A stretch of DNA of 64,000 nucleotides from Paraphysomonas bandaiensis (taxonomy: Eukaryota > Protista > Chrysophyceae): the NCBI GenBank assembly GCA_965644295.1, contig CBFFRP010000374.1, positions 43,851 to 107,850 of the forward strand, in the 5' to 3' direction. Under the pieces are notes generated by a model, which searched no databases, was not told where the DNA came from, and saw only the letters and a list, made by a program, of their open reading frames with translations. Position 1 is the stretch's first letter, and the number at the start of each line of letters is the position of its first letter. This document shows positions 23,867-37,515 of the stretch, piece by piece. The translations under genes were made by a program, and so were the position numbers.

Positions 23867-25141
23867 TTACTGAGATGCAGACATTTTTCTTTTTTGCGTA
23901 CTATCGTCAATCAACTCTCCACATCGCTTCAGTTTCTGAATGATCTTCTGAGCAACGGTTTTCTGGAAAGCAATACGTTGTCCCTGTTCTTCTCCGAAGA
24001 ATATATGTAGACGACGATTAGATCCCACAGTTGCCATATCAAATCGAGCCCCAGGGGCCGGAAAGTATGGTGACCCATCTGTATGAAAGAGTGGTGTTTG
24101 GGAGCCAACAAGTTCAAAGTTTAACAGGAACACGACTCGTGCTGTCCAGTGTTCTGAACTAAGCTGCCTGATGTCCCTCGCAAATCCCGCCTCTATTAGC
24201 ATCGATATAAAGCTCCTCTGGTGATTGTCCGGGTGCAAATTGCAGGTAACAAGACCCTCCTCGACGGGAGAGGTGTATTCATCTCGGTCCCGCATCTGTA
24301 CTAGCAGAGCAGCCACATCCGACTCATCCGTCGATGGTACGTCATCGAGCATACTGTCCTTATGAGGAATAGATATCGCGGGAGCAGAAGAGGCTAGTAA
24401 GCTAGTTTCACTAAGTGCACCACCCAGAAGAGCAGTGTTCTGCTCCATATAGTCGTCTTTGTGATCCCGCATTTGATTTATAGAAGGAAGGATAGTCTTG
24501 GGGGAAGTTTCTTTACATTCATTTGCAACAGACCAGGCATATTGCGGCCCGCTGTAAGAAGGAATCAAAGTTGCTCCATTGCCCGTATTTGATGCAAGTA
24601 TTGAAGAGCTCGTCATATCAGAATCAAGCGGAGTTGCGCTTGAAGGTATGCAATGGTTACCGTTCATATGTGGGTCATGGGCCAGAGATGGATGTACAAG
24701 AGATGCCCGGACATCATCACGAAGTTCAGTAATAATATGTGATGCCTGTTTCATAGCTGTTGTCAGTACACCTTTACTACTTTTATATGGTCCTTGCATA
24801 GCTGAACGTAAATCATCTAAGCTAACAGACATCGGACACCATAACTCTGTAATGAGTATAACGAGAGCATTCTTAACCTGTGAAGCAGTCCATTCATCTC
24901 TAAATTTTTCTCTGGCTCGTTTACCTTCACCAATATTTTTCATTGCATCACACCATCCTAATAAAACATCACATCCTTTAGTTATTTCAGGTCTTGTAGG
25001 ACAATTTTTAGTAAATAGTGAGTTGCGTCCATTGTTGACATGATGGATTAATGCTTTAGCTTCAGGATGATCCTGAATATACACTAACACTTCCTGTGTA
25101 CGATAAGAATATCTTCTCATTAGTGTAGTGTTTGAATTCAT
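23867..25141 (-). CDS. Hypothetical 424-aa intronless protein with a basic C-terminal NLS-like motif (QKRK)
   Basis: Long ATG-initiated ORF, GC-richer than its flanks; no family recognised. Confidence 0.7.
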   Translation of the reverse strand: MNSNTTLMRRYSYRTQEVLVYIQDHPEAKALIHHVNNGRNSLFTKNCPTRPEITKGCDVLLGWCDAMKNIGEGKRAREKFRDEWTASQVKNALVILITELWCPMSVSLDDLRSAMQGPYKSSKGVLTTAMKQASHIITELRDDVRASLVHPSLAHDPHMNGNHCIPSSATPLDSDMTSSSILASNTGNGATLIPSYSGPQYAWSVANECKETSPKTILPSINQMRDHKDDYMEQNTALLGGALSETSLLASSAPAISIPHKDSMLDDVPSTDESDVAALLVQMRDRDEYTSPVEEGLVTCNLHPDNHQRSFISMLIEAGFARDIRQLSSEHWTARVVFLLNFELVGSQTPLFHTDGSPYFPAPGARFDMATVGSNRRLHIFFGEEQGQRIAFQKTVAQKIIQKLKRCGELIDDSTQKRKMSASQ

Positions 25142-26156
25142 GTGTTATAATGGTGTTATAAGGTATGTGATAATGCCCATGTACCAGGTTGACCATGTAC
25201 ACTACTGTGGACCTAATAATTGTAACATCCGTATATAGTATCCCACTAATAACTCAGACACTCTCTTTGATTCTGTATTCTATTAATAACATGTATATTA
25301 TACAATAGATGTATTCTATTACGAAATGAGTGTTTGCGTTTTATATATGTCGATTGAAGATACGGATGATTTGGAACTTCTCGATGGTACCAATCACGAG
25401 CAGCAGTATATATACAGGAAATCTTGAAAGATTTGGTTTCACGAAAACTGAATTTTTTTGTAGTAGGAATTCCTAGGAAGTGGAATGTACTGCATATATA
25501 CAGTAGTGAGTGTATGTGCGTACGGCGATACGGACATACTGGCTGCTTCCTGCCTGCCTGGTTGTGAGAAATCTGTCCACTATACTCCACTTTAACAGCC
25601 AAAATGAGTCTCTGACATTCACTTACTTACAATCATTATCTTTCATTGTCTCTGCTTATATGTGTTTACATTATCGTCATTATTCTCACACAGACCCCTC
25701 TAATGAATATCAGATAACAGTATCTTAAACAGACATATGTATATATATCGAGTGCTGTGCTGTACATCTTATTCAACTATACAAATTAGCTTCATGTCAA
25801 TCATTCTAACCTAAACATATTCAATTAATTCCTGACTACTTCTTATGTGCCCTGTGTGTACAGGTCATACGGTGTACGGCAGTAGAGCTACTATCGCCTC
25901 TTCACGACATATGTCTAGAATCTATACGTATGAGACTGAATTTTGAAAAGGTTTTTAGACTGACTAATATATATTGAAAAGGAGAAATCGTGTAGATTTT
26001 CTGAACCTTTGTGAATTTTGATATAGGTTGAGCGCATACTGTAGTTCCTATTATTTGAAGTCGTCTTGACCTTACTTCGTGCTGCATACTTCGATGATGC
26101 CGCATATCAATTTTCTCAGTATAGTAAAGTAGATTGAGCTACTTTTATGAGAATGG

Positions 26157-26252
26157 TAGTAGTGAATGTCTGATTATTAGCAAAAAAATTAACTAACTAG
26201 TGCTTAAGCAACTCTGATATCCAACTATTTCGCTACAAAAGCTGCATGTGCT
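26157..26252 (-). repeat. Copy D: 3'-terminal fragment of the SINE-like repeat
   Basis: GTAGTAGTGAATGTCTGATTATTAGC...ACTAGTGCTTAAGCAACTCTGATATCC. Confidence 0.7.
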
Positions 26253-26606
26253 GAGAATGATAGAGGATATCTCTCTGCAACTACTGAGAGGAATTATCAG
26301 CAAGGGAATTAAGCACAGAAAGGAGGGATATCGTGTTCATATAAAAATAGAAGCTTGTATATAAACAAGTTTGCACATTACGTGTGTTATGAAGGTTATG
26401 TATGTATCAGGGCAACGGAAGCTGTATTGGAAGTACATGCCATGACCCGCAACAACGTTAAAGATACGACGCTATTACAGAGGCCACTCATCAACGAAAA
26501 CAGTGTTTGAAGGATTAATCAACACAGAAAATAGTAGCTGGTGTACAAATCAATTTATGACTTTATATTAAAATGATGACAAATCAATTGTCAGTTTCTA
26601 AACATT

Positions 26607-29183
26607 CTACTTTGCCACTACTATAAATGATCTCTTATTCCGTCTACCCTGAAATCCAGAACTACGACTGTCCTCCAACGGCTCTTGTAAAAGCATCTTC
26701 AACTTTGCCTTATCTTTCTCCAATCCTTTTTTAGATGTCTTTTGTTCACGATGCTTGCCTCTGCCAGTTAATTCCGATGTGATTTCCTCATACATAGAGG
26801 CATCCACCTCCAGTCCCGCCTCTTCTGCACTCTGTTCTAACCAGCTCTTCTGTTTGCTGCCCTGAGACGCAATGAACGACTGCAAAAAAATCTTTTTAGC
26901 TAGCTTTACTCGCTCACGAAGGATGGGAGCACTGCTAAGATCCATGCGCATAATTGGGAACGATGGCATTTTCAACGCAGCGCATATTGTGGAATGATAT
27001 TTGTCGTCTTCAGGGGTCACCAGAGAGAGTGATGTGCCTTTGGCTCCAGCACGAGCTGTACGGCCTGACCGGTGAATATAAACCTAGAGACAACAGTGAT
27101 ACGTTATAATTTTTTCGTGATGTATAGGTACCTGCGGTGATCTTGCTATATCATAATGCAACACATATTGAACTCTCGGCAGATCCAGCCCTCTTGCAGC
27201 AACATCAGTCGCTACCAATGCCCCTATTGGAGAGGAGTTAAATCCCTCCAGAGCCTTGATACGCTGCTTCTGCTGCAGTTGCGAGTGAATCGTACGGCAA
27301 TTTATCTGCAAGGCGCGTAGCAGACCATCCACTCTTCTGGCGGTCTTGATGCTGTTCACGAAGATGAGGGTTCGACCCATGTGCTGCGCCATGTATATTA
27401 GTGCAGGGTTGTAAAGGGTGTGCATATGTAAGTAATTATGTGTATGATGGGTAAATACCTTTAGCAGGAAATGATAGGCGATGACGTCCTTGTCTTCCAC
27501 TGGTAGGCGTACTTCATACTGACTGAGACCCGCCGGCAAAACCAGGGGACCTGCACTTTCATTGTCCCCTCCGCAATCCTTCTCATCTTGCTCTTCAGTT
27601 CTCTTACGCTTCTTATCTTTCTTACTCGACACAGCATCTCGACTCTCATCACCTGTATTGGGATCCTTTTTCGAAGTGGTAACAACCGTTTCATCCTTGA
27701 CACCAACAGCTTCAAGCAGCTGTCGCAAATGCTCTGGGATTCCAAGAGATCTTAGGTACGCAACACGCTTCTTATCACACAGAGAGTGTTCGAGCTTGTT
27801 CTGCTTCCTTCCCCGTTTCGACTCCTTCGATGCTTCCCCAACGCCCATAGCGGTAGCTGAAAAGAGCAGTGTTTGCCGTCCACAATGCACGTATGCCTCA
27901 CTTACGCGCAGAGCGGGGTTACTCTCTTCTAAGTCCATATCTTGTGTAGTACTTAGATCTTCTTCTTCCTCCTCTTCAATCTCGTCGATAGGGACCGGGG
28001 GATGTGACTCCCGTGCGGCTTCGATATCCGCTTCTGAGGGCATCTCGTCAAACACAACTGGGTCTGCGTCCATGTCAAATTCTTCCACTTCCTCGTCATC
28101 TTCATCCTCACCCTTCGTCCTTGACACCTTCGGAGCTACTTCGTCATCCTCATCAAAGTCCATCCCAATTTTCGCTAACCTATTCACTTCTACCGGGTTT
28201 CGACCGGAGGAAGCGATCTTTTCGTGCTCCCGTATGCGAGAGAATATCTTATACAATTCGGGAAAGTGTCCATCTTCCACCATCCGATCGGCCTCATCTA
28301 TAACCAAGTATCGAAGCAAAGACAAATCTTGCAAAGAGGGAACAGATGAGTCATTGAGTAGGTCACAGAGACGACCAGGAGTTCCAACTATAATGTGGAT
28401 AGGCTTCCCGGAGGAGCTAAGCTGTCTACGTTGCTTGTGTTCAGACATACCTCCAATTACATTAACTACCTCAACACGACGGAGAGAATAAAACCGTCTT
28501 GTAACATCGTTAAGAACAGTGGTGATCTGCATGGCCAACTCTCGGGTGGGTGCCAGAATTAGTGCAAAGGGGGAATGGGTATTACCATACACATCCCACT
28601 CGTGAAGCAGAGTGTGTAAAATGGGTAAACCAAAAGCAAGAGTCTTACCCGACCCTGTCTCTGCAACACCAACAACATCACAACCATCCTGGAGAATTAA
28701 AGGAATACTGCTGGTCTGAATAGGAGTAGGGCACTGAAAATTCATATCCCGAAGAGCCTGGGTCAGAAGGTCATGCAAGACAACAGAGCTGTTCCACGGA
28801 CTGTTGGTATTCGAAACCACCTCCACAGACTTTTCAACTATATCTTTTTCTGTTGGTTTTGTATCTCCTGATTTCTGTTTATTTCTTTTGTCCTTTTTCT
28901 TCTCTTTGTTATCTTTCTTCTTCTTCTTTCCTTCTTTTTTATTCTCATTATCAGGAATAGATTCCGTTATATCATTATCATCAGATTCAGTTACAGGAGT
29001 AACAGATAGAGGAGTTGATTTTGTAGCATTTAATACTTTATTATATTCTTTTCCATCTATTTCCTCTAATCCAAAGAAAAACGCATCCTCACTGAACTCT
29101 CCTAATTGCTCTGTCTCTGTATTCACCTGCTTCCAGGGGAGGATATCCCATACTTTCTTACTCCTCAAACGCTTACGTGGCAT
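26607..29183 (-). CDS. DDX24: DEAD-box RNA helicase DDX24/MAK5; two short introns (~27458-27384, ~27131-27084)
   Basis: PTPIQ, AETGSGKT, PTRELA, TPGRL, DEADRM...HF.EL, SAT, ARGLD, HRSGRTARA; N-terminal FFGLEEID and C-terminal SWL...AEE typical of MAK5. Confidence 0.92.
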
Positions 29184-29618
29184 AGTATTAGATTCCGTGG
29201 GATATGGAGATTATTGTATGGTTTGAAGGGGTTGAATGGCGTGAATAATGCGCCCATTCATCGGCCAGTTTATATACACACCCACTGCATAGAAAGAGAG
29301 GGAATACATTAAGAAATACGGTGTGAAATACAGTGACATATATCAGAACCATTGAAAGTGTATACAATGAACCAATCAGATGTACTCATATATCAAGTAC
29401 AATCTCTACTGTATTACACTGAAGTGGTATTTCAGTAGTCGATTGTTCTGTACTGCTGGGTGTGTATATGATCATGTACAGCAGTATACGATCGTAGTAT
29501 GTATATGCATAGTCATATCATGTACGTCTGTATGATCATACAAGTGTCTAAGTACATCTCTCTACTTATATATCAACACACATCCTCATTATATCTTAAC
29601 ATCCCTCAAATATCACAC

Positions 29619-30427
29619 ATGAGTAACATGGATACTACCTCATATTGTCAGTCTCACTGGAAGATTACATGTCAACAAATAGGACTCTCATTAGATCTAA
29701 TCAACAAATGGTGGTCTCGTTTATTAACTGAATTTAATCGACCAGGACGACACTATCATACCTTACAACACATACAAGAGCTCATGGAATTAACTATAAG
29801 ATTCTCTCATATGATAACAGATAGAGTGTCTATAGTTATGGCGATATATTTTCATGATGTTATATATGACCCTCAGAGTAACTGTAATGAGGACAGAAGC
29901 ATATCTTTCTTTCATTCATTTGTAAATGACTGTAATTCTACACAATTGAATCAGTGTTCTGAGACTGTCGTATCGATGATAGAGATGACTAAAACTCACG
30001 AAGTTGATTTGCGAGATTGTTTTGATAAACTCCTCTTTAGAGATTTCGATATGGCTATACTTGGGAGTAGCAGCGTGCGTTATGAAGAGTATGCTCTACA
30101 GGTATTACTCTGTATAGTGTCTTGCATTGTGCTGATGGTTTACAGGTACGAGAGGAATATAGTCATGTTCCTCTGGAGATTTATTGTAGCCGCCGTGCAG
30201 ACTTTCTTCGTCATTGCGCTATTGGCACGAAACCCATATTCGTAACAGAGGTGATGCGTCAATCATTTGAGGAACAGGCAAAAGCGAACCTTATATATGA
30301 GTGTTCCTTTCTGGATAGGGGAATGCTACCGGGGGGAGAAATTTTACACACAAAGATGATTCCGTGGGGATTAATATTCCCATTTATACCACTGATAGCA
30401 GTCCTCTACCTACGTCATAAAACTTAG
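29619..30427 (+). CDS. HD-superfamily metal-dependent phosphohydrolase (COG4339-like) with a C-terminal hydrophobic tail; one intron ~30102-30145
   Basis: RHYHTLQHI, AIYFHDVIYDP...NEDRS, DFDMAILG, (Q)VREEYSHV...R..FL. Confidence 0.85.
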
Positions 30428-31394
30428 AGTACACGTTTTATTGTGTTGTTTGTGACGAACGTGCAAATAATTGAGGCATAGTTGCGCTATCACTAGCAAA
30501 GAGCAGATTACTTTTGCTGTACAATTGTGGGGTATGATAAAAATATACTGTGTACATGTCATTGAAATACGAAATTCTCCTCGTTTTATAGTTATTTTCT
30601 GCAGAAATCTAGCATGAACTTAATATTTACTATCTGGAACTTATAAAAAATGAATAAATATAGCGCTAAGTATTTCATCTAGCATAATTATCTGCTTTCT
30701 GTGATGTTAAATCAAACGTCAACATGTAATTTTAAGTATTACTGTTTGCTCACATATAATAGTATGCTATAACCAATTCTCTGCGACAGCTGTAGCATTA
30801 TTGTTTTGTATTGAACAACAAGTAATTCAGCATAATTGATTGTACATGATTCAGACCTGAGCGCTGCCATCTGTCATCTGTGAGTTTCAAATTCGTTTCC
30901 ACATCTCATCAATTCCTGAATATCAACATTAGATAGAATTAACTTAAATAGCTTAACGTTCAATTCACTAAACTATCAAATACTAAAATTGTACTAAACA
31001 GATCTTCTATCTTATTTATCATTTATTGACATTCACTACATTTATATTCACTCTTCTACTATTGGCAGGTTTTTGATAGACAATAGACACGATCTTATAC
31101 AGGCAATACATTTCATTTTTTCTAACATAATTCATCATTGTACCATTAATACTAACACATACACTACAATTTTTAACTACTGTATTTGGTAAACTATCTT
31201 AAAATACAGCTTTTATTGGCGTTTATCTTAAAAATACAAATAATCAAAACTCAACACTGAGTAGCATCGCTACACATCATATGCAAATAACATATAGTAT
31301 AGCAATGCAGTAAATCCAAACCTATTGATCACGAATATCTTGATGCTGCTTTATGTGCATACAGCATACTCTATACTGTATACTACACTTCGTA

Positions 31395-31580
31395 TATACT
31401 TGAAAGTCTTATTACTAGCAACAGACGTCGAGAATCAGCACCAGATACGTAACTAGATAAAAACTAGTTCCGCTGGAGAGACTTCTACCTGTAACTAACT
31501 AATTCTCATATCCTACTATATAACGTTACGAAAGCTGCTTATGCGTCGCCGCAAGCACCAAGGTGCAACCACTTCCGTTC
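31395..31580 (-). repeat. Copy E: 3' fragment of the SINE-like repeat, same subfamily as copy G2
   Basis: Shares the variant segment GAATCAGCA...CTACCTGTAACTAA with the reverse complement of 63130-63262, then ACGAAAGCTGCTT...GCACCAAGGTGCAACC. Confidence 0.75.
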
Positions 31581-32138
31581 TTGTATATGAGGGAGAAGAT
31601 CTCTATGAACGTGAGTTCGGAAAGTGCAGATGGGGTTAGTCAGGGGGCGTCCCTTGGGGCAGGGCTCTGCACTCTGCAGGACTTTGTGTAGGCACAGGAT
31701 TCTCAATTAGTGAGTCTAGCGTGTTCCTAGCCTGAGGCACATGGGCGCGGGCGTGGATTGGGGCTCTGGTGTCTTTGGACTTCCTATGTGTGGTTGTATA
31801 TGCTTTTTGATAATAATTGCAGCTATAGCTAATTTACTACAACCTGCTTATGCAACCCTGTTTGATACACTTACTCTAAGCGTGAATTTAAGAAATACTG
31901 TTTCTCTCTGGAATGAAGAAACTCAATCCGACTGCTGGCGTAAATTGTAAATAAACGATATAATAACAGCGATAGTATTTGTCTATAGCTCAAATTAAGA
32001 TAGAACTAGACTGCAGTTTACACATTTGTACCGGAAATAAATCGAAGCACTGATATGGCCAGTAGTCATTCGTACAATAATGAATAACAAATAATTGAGA
32101 TATAATATGGAATGATCGGTTATAATATTAGTTGAAAA

Positions 32139-33752
<1,614 letters not shown>

Positions 33753-33837
33753 TGGGGGCAGGTAATTGTTGCAGTGATCGACTTAAACTGTGACCGTCTT
33801 CATAGTAAATTAGTGGCAGTACGGCAGTACATATCTG

Positions 33838-34213
33838 TACATACATACATACATACATACATACATACATACATACATACATACATACATACATACATAC
33901 ATACATACATACATACATACATACATACATACATACATACATACATACATACATACATACATACATACATACATACATACATACATACATACATACATAC
34001 ATACATACATACATACATACATACATACATACATACATACATACATACATACATACATACATACATACATACATACATACATACATACATACATACATAC
34101 ATACATACATACATACATACATACATACATACATACATACATACATACATACATACATACATACATACATACATACATACATACATACATACATACATAC
34201 ATACATACATACA
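33838..34213. repeat. Perfect (TACA)n microsatellite, 94 units (376 bp)
   Basis: Directly visible. Confidence 0.99.
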
Positions 34214-34329
34214 CAACATAGAGGCACGACAAGCCAATCATATCGACGAGAAGTATACAGAAAGGTATGCACTGTTACATGAATCGTTCTTATAAAAGCA
34301 AAAAGGAAGAAGATCGTTGTGTTGTTTTA

Positions 34330-34560
34330 CCTTGTAAAGCGTGTGAAATCGGACATGCTGCTAGCAGTGGCACACCCTTGAGTACTAGAGTGAAGTAGCC
34401 AACATGTGGGGACATAAACCAGCTCGATAGGGTGTTACGGTACGACGAAGGACCGGGACTTTGTGCAATGCATAGGTGATGAATTTCAAGTTACAGGATA
34501 TATTGATGCTGCGTTTGCATGGTGTGGAAATCGTTATTTCAGGAAGAAAGCCTAAGATTC
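34330..34560 (+). pseudogene. Degenerate copia RT/RNase H junction fragment
   Basis: With frameshifts it reads KRVKSDMLLAVA..LSTRVK*PT..D..QLDRVLRY...VTGYIDAAFA, matching the copia R.RPDI..AV..L.TRV..P...D..KL.RVL.Y...GY.DA.FA pattern. Confidence 0.7.
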
Positions 34561-34686
34561 TCAAGCGCCCGGTTGCCCCTGCCTCTTCTTCTGTGTTCTA
34601 TATACTTCTGTGTTCGATATGATTGCCTTGTCGCTTTGCACTTTTATATACATGCCTAAACACGATCGATCCTCGCAATCTTCGTG

Positions 34687-34790
34687 CTTAAACTTTCTTC
34701 CTGAGCCAGCGATTTCCATGCCATTCCATTGTGGTATGCAAACGCAACGTCAATATATCCTGCAAGTGGCATTCACTCCTTATAGGGTTT
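34687..34790 (-). pseudogene. Second, inverted fragment of the same copia RNase H region
   Basis: Reverse complement of ~34472-34557; reads LAGYIDVAFAYH...KS. Confidence 0.7.
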
Positions 34791-35652
34791 GGGTCGCACC
34801 ATGCTTATCAGAATATTGTGTGCCTCATACCATACATGCATCATTCAATCTGTTGCTCTAGCAGTGGTTAAGCGTATTGTATATAATGTGATGATGCTAA
34901 TTAAGTCAATAAGAAGCCTTTCGTGCGACTACAACTGTTCACATTCATCATCACATTTCAACACCTCGCAGCTACTATTCCCTCAATATCCTTCTGCGGT
35001 GGGAGTACATTTGTTGTAGCTATTATATATAGCAATTGGGGGGTTATTGTTTTGAGTTGATCTTTTGCAATAGCTATAGCATGGAATGAATTGAGATCGT
35101 ATCGGCAGTCAGCATCTTATTTTTCGGAAATATATTGAATCAAAATTTCTCTATATTACTAACATACAACTACGGCTGTAATACAGATAATTGTTGTCTC
35201 AATATACGAGGCATCTTTGAACAAAAATATACAAAGGATGCCGATACGATATTAATTATCAGCTTTTGATAGTTGGCTTCACTGTGGTTTCTCTATTATA
35301 GTTTAATTAGTGAATTTACATACATATGACAGTCAACATCATAATTAAGATAGAAGTGAGTTTCTGTTGAAACGAATATTGAAGTCGAATGTTTATATTT
35401 GCCCCGTGCTAATATGTGCGCTCTGTTGAGCCCAATTCAGATTAAAATAAAGCTTTTTGGGGACAATATGGGGATAATTTAAATCTACAGATGGATCAAT
35501 TATCACTGCACCTATTCCAAACTCCAAACGTTATTGTCGTCACAAACTTGGATAACGAAATGTCATTCTAGCAATTATTTATAGTGAAAGTGTCAAGCAT
35601 CGACATAACACTTACGTGTTTTTGGTCTAAATTAATACATAACTAGGACTGG

Positions 35653-36773
35653 TTAAGAAGCCCAATGAACTTTAGCTATTGCCCCATATACACCCATACT
35701 CTCCCTTTTATTTCCGTACTTGTTCTTTCTAACCGGCGGCAAAGACAAAGTAAAATCGTCATCATTACAACCTAGTTCAGTGTTGTTGTTGTTCGGAGCA
35801 CGAATGAATATCTCTTGTTGTTCGAGACACTGAAGTGCTGTCTCCAAGACATCTGCTGGAGATCCAGAAGCATCTATGGCAATTATAGTTGGGCCCGTAA
35901 CCATGGAGTAAGCCGTCTACACAAATATCAGATGATGGTTGACTGAAATGTCCCATTCTATTACCTGCAGCCTTGTCTCTACCATCAATTGGCTCTCTTT
36001 AGTAGCGGCATCCACAATTCCAATTCTACGAAATCTCTCTTCAGATTGAACTGCGAGATACATCGCCTAAACAAAACAAAGTTATCATGACTTTAAAAAA
36101 AGCAACAAAAGAGTACCATAGCAGGCTGGGGTAAATCGATAGGCCACTGAAATGCAGATGGCGGGAGTGAAGTGAATTCTGAAACGGGTACATCACTGTC
36201 AGATATACTCTGAGCACATGCTGCGTGATAATTCCTTTCAATTAAGACATACTCTTCCTCAGTATTATCCGCGGCATCGTAAGCATCTGAGTAATTACAC
36301 ACGCATCGATAGGCGGATTGGATGGATTTAGGCAGCTCAGTCAGCACTTCATCAAGAATTCTAATTGAAGGATTAGGAACCAATTTGGAGACGCCTTTGG
36401 CATGTAAAACAAGACTATTTACTAGTTCTGACACACCACTAGAAGGTAACCCCTCAATAACAATCGCACGCTGACATCCTCTGGGTATTCTGGTCAAACT
36501 GCGGCGCTCAAGCACATCGAGAGCAGCAAAAAACTCATCCGCCCGAGATAACAGTTTTGTTCGGATTATGTCTCTACCAAGCCGAAGTACTAAGGCTGCA
36601 GAGTCTAATGATTTAAACATGTAGTTAACCCCATGAGCAGAAACCTTATCGAGCTGAGCGTCTAATGAATCCGTGTTCTTATCGTCAATCCGTTTACGAG
36701 ATAATAATGAACTCAATGAAACAAAACCTATAGGGATTGCCACAAAACTAACTGCCATCACGAAACTCTTCAT
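35653..36773 (-). CDS. Thymidylate kinase / CMPK2-like P-loop protein with an N-terminal hydrophobic segment; probably 3 exons
   Basis: AIVIEGLPSSGVSEL (P-loop position), Y.V.NY, LIERNYH, FQWPIDLPQP (cf. CMPK2 YQWP.DL.KP), C-terminal IDASGS. Confidence 0.7.
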
Positions 36774-37515
36774 ATCACAAACACTAATACTTCTTGGTGC
36801 ATCAACAACACTCGTGTGAGCTATAGAAATGTATTGTTGTGTTAAGTAACTAGAGAGCAGTACAGTCCATATGTATACTCCACTCCACTGCAACACATCA
36901 TCAAAAATATACTAAAAGTTCCATTCAACGGATACAAACAAATACACCAAAACTACGATATTTGACAATGGTTGATCAAAAAAGTGAGGAATGATGAGAA
37001 TTTCCTACGATAAACTCTGCATTTTTTAGTATACTATTGAGAAAAGTGCAGAATTTATCGCAGGAAAAATCGAAGTTCCTGCCAAAAAAACAATGCTTTA
37101 TATATTTGCACACCCGAACATCTACAGACAGCACCTATTCCATATCTACAGAGAAGGGATTCGTAACTCCAATATCCCTTAGACCTAAAAAACCATATAT
37201 TTGGGATTTATTACAGGGATTTCAGGATTTAATCCTATAAAAATGGCCTTTTTATTGGATCTGTCCATGGGAGAATACTGGAATACCAGGAAATACGAAA
37301 GAACATCAAGTGTGTGAGTGTACTGTATGTTGTCATGCATCTCCTCTGTGTATGTGCATATTGTATATGTACAGCAGTATGTATGCACAGTATATAGTGT
37401 ACTGAAATCTGCAATGAGATCCTAAGCGCATATACTATCTGTAGACACATCTCTACACTTACTTTCTCTTTCCCGGCATATCAAAACACATTTCTCTCAG
37501 TTCCCCATCATTCCA

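Noticed and set aside
27562-28491. 309-aa plus-strand ORF and other antisense ORFs over real genes
   Set aside because: Shadow ORFs opposite DDX24, copia pol and the coiled-coil gene.
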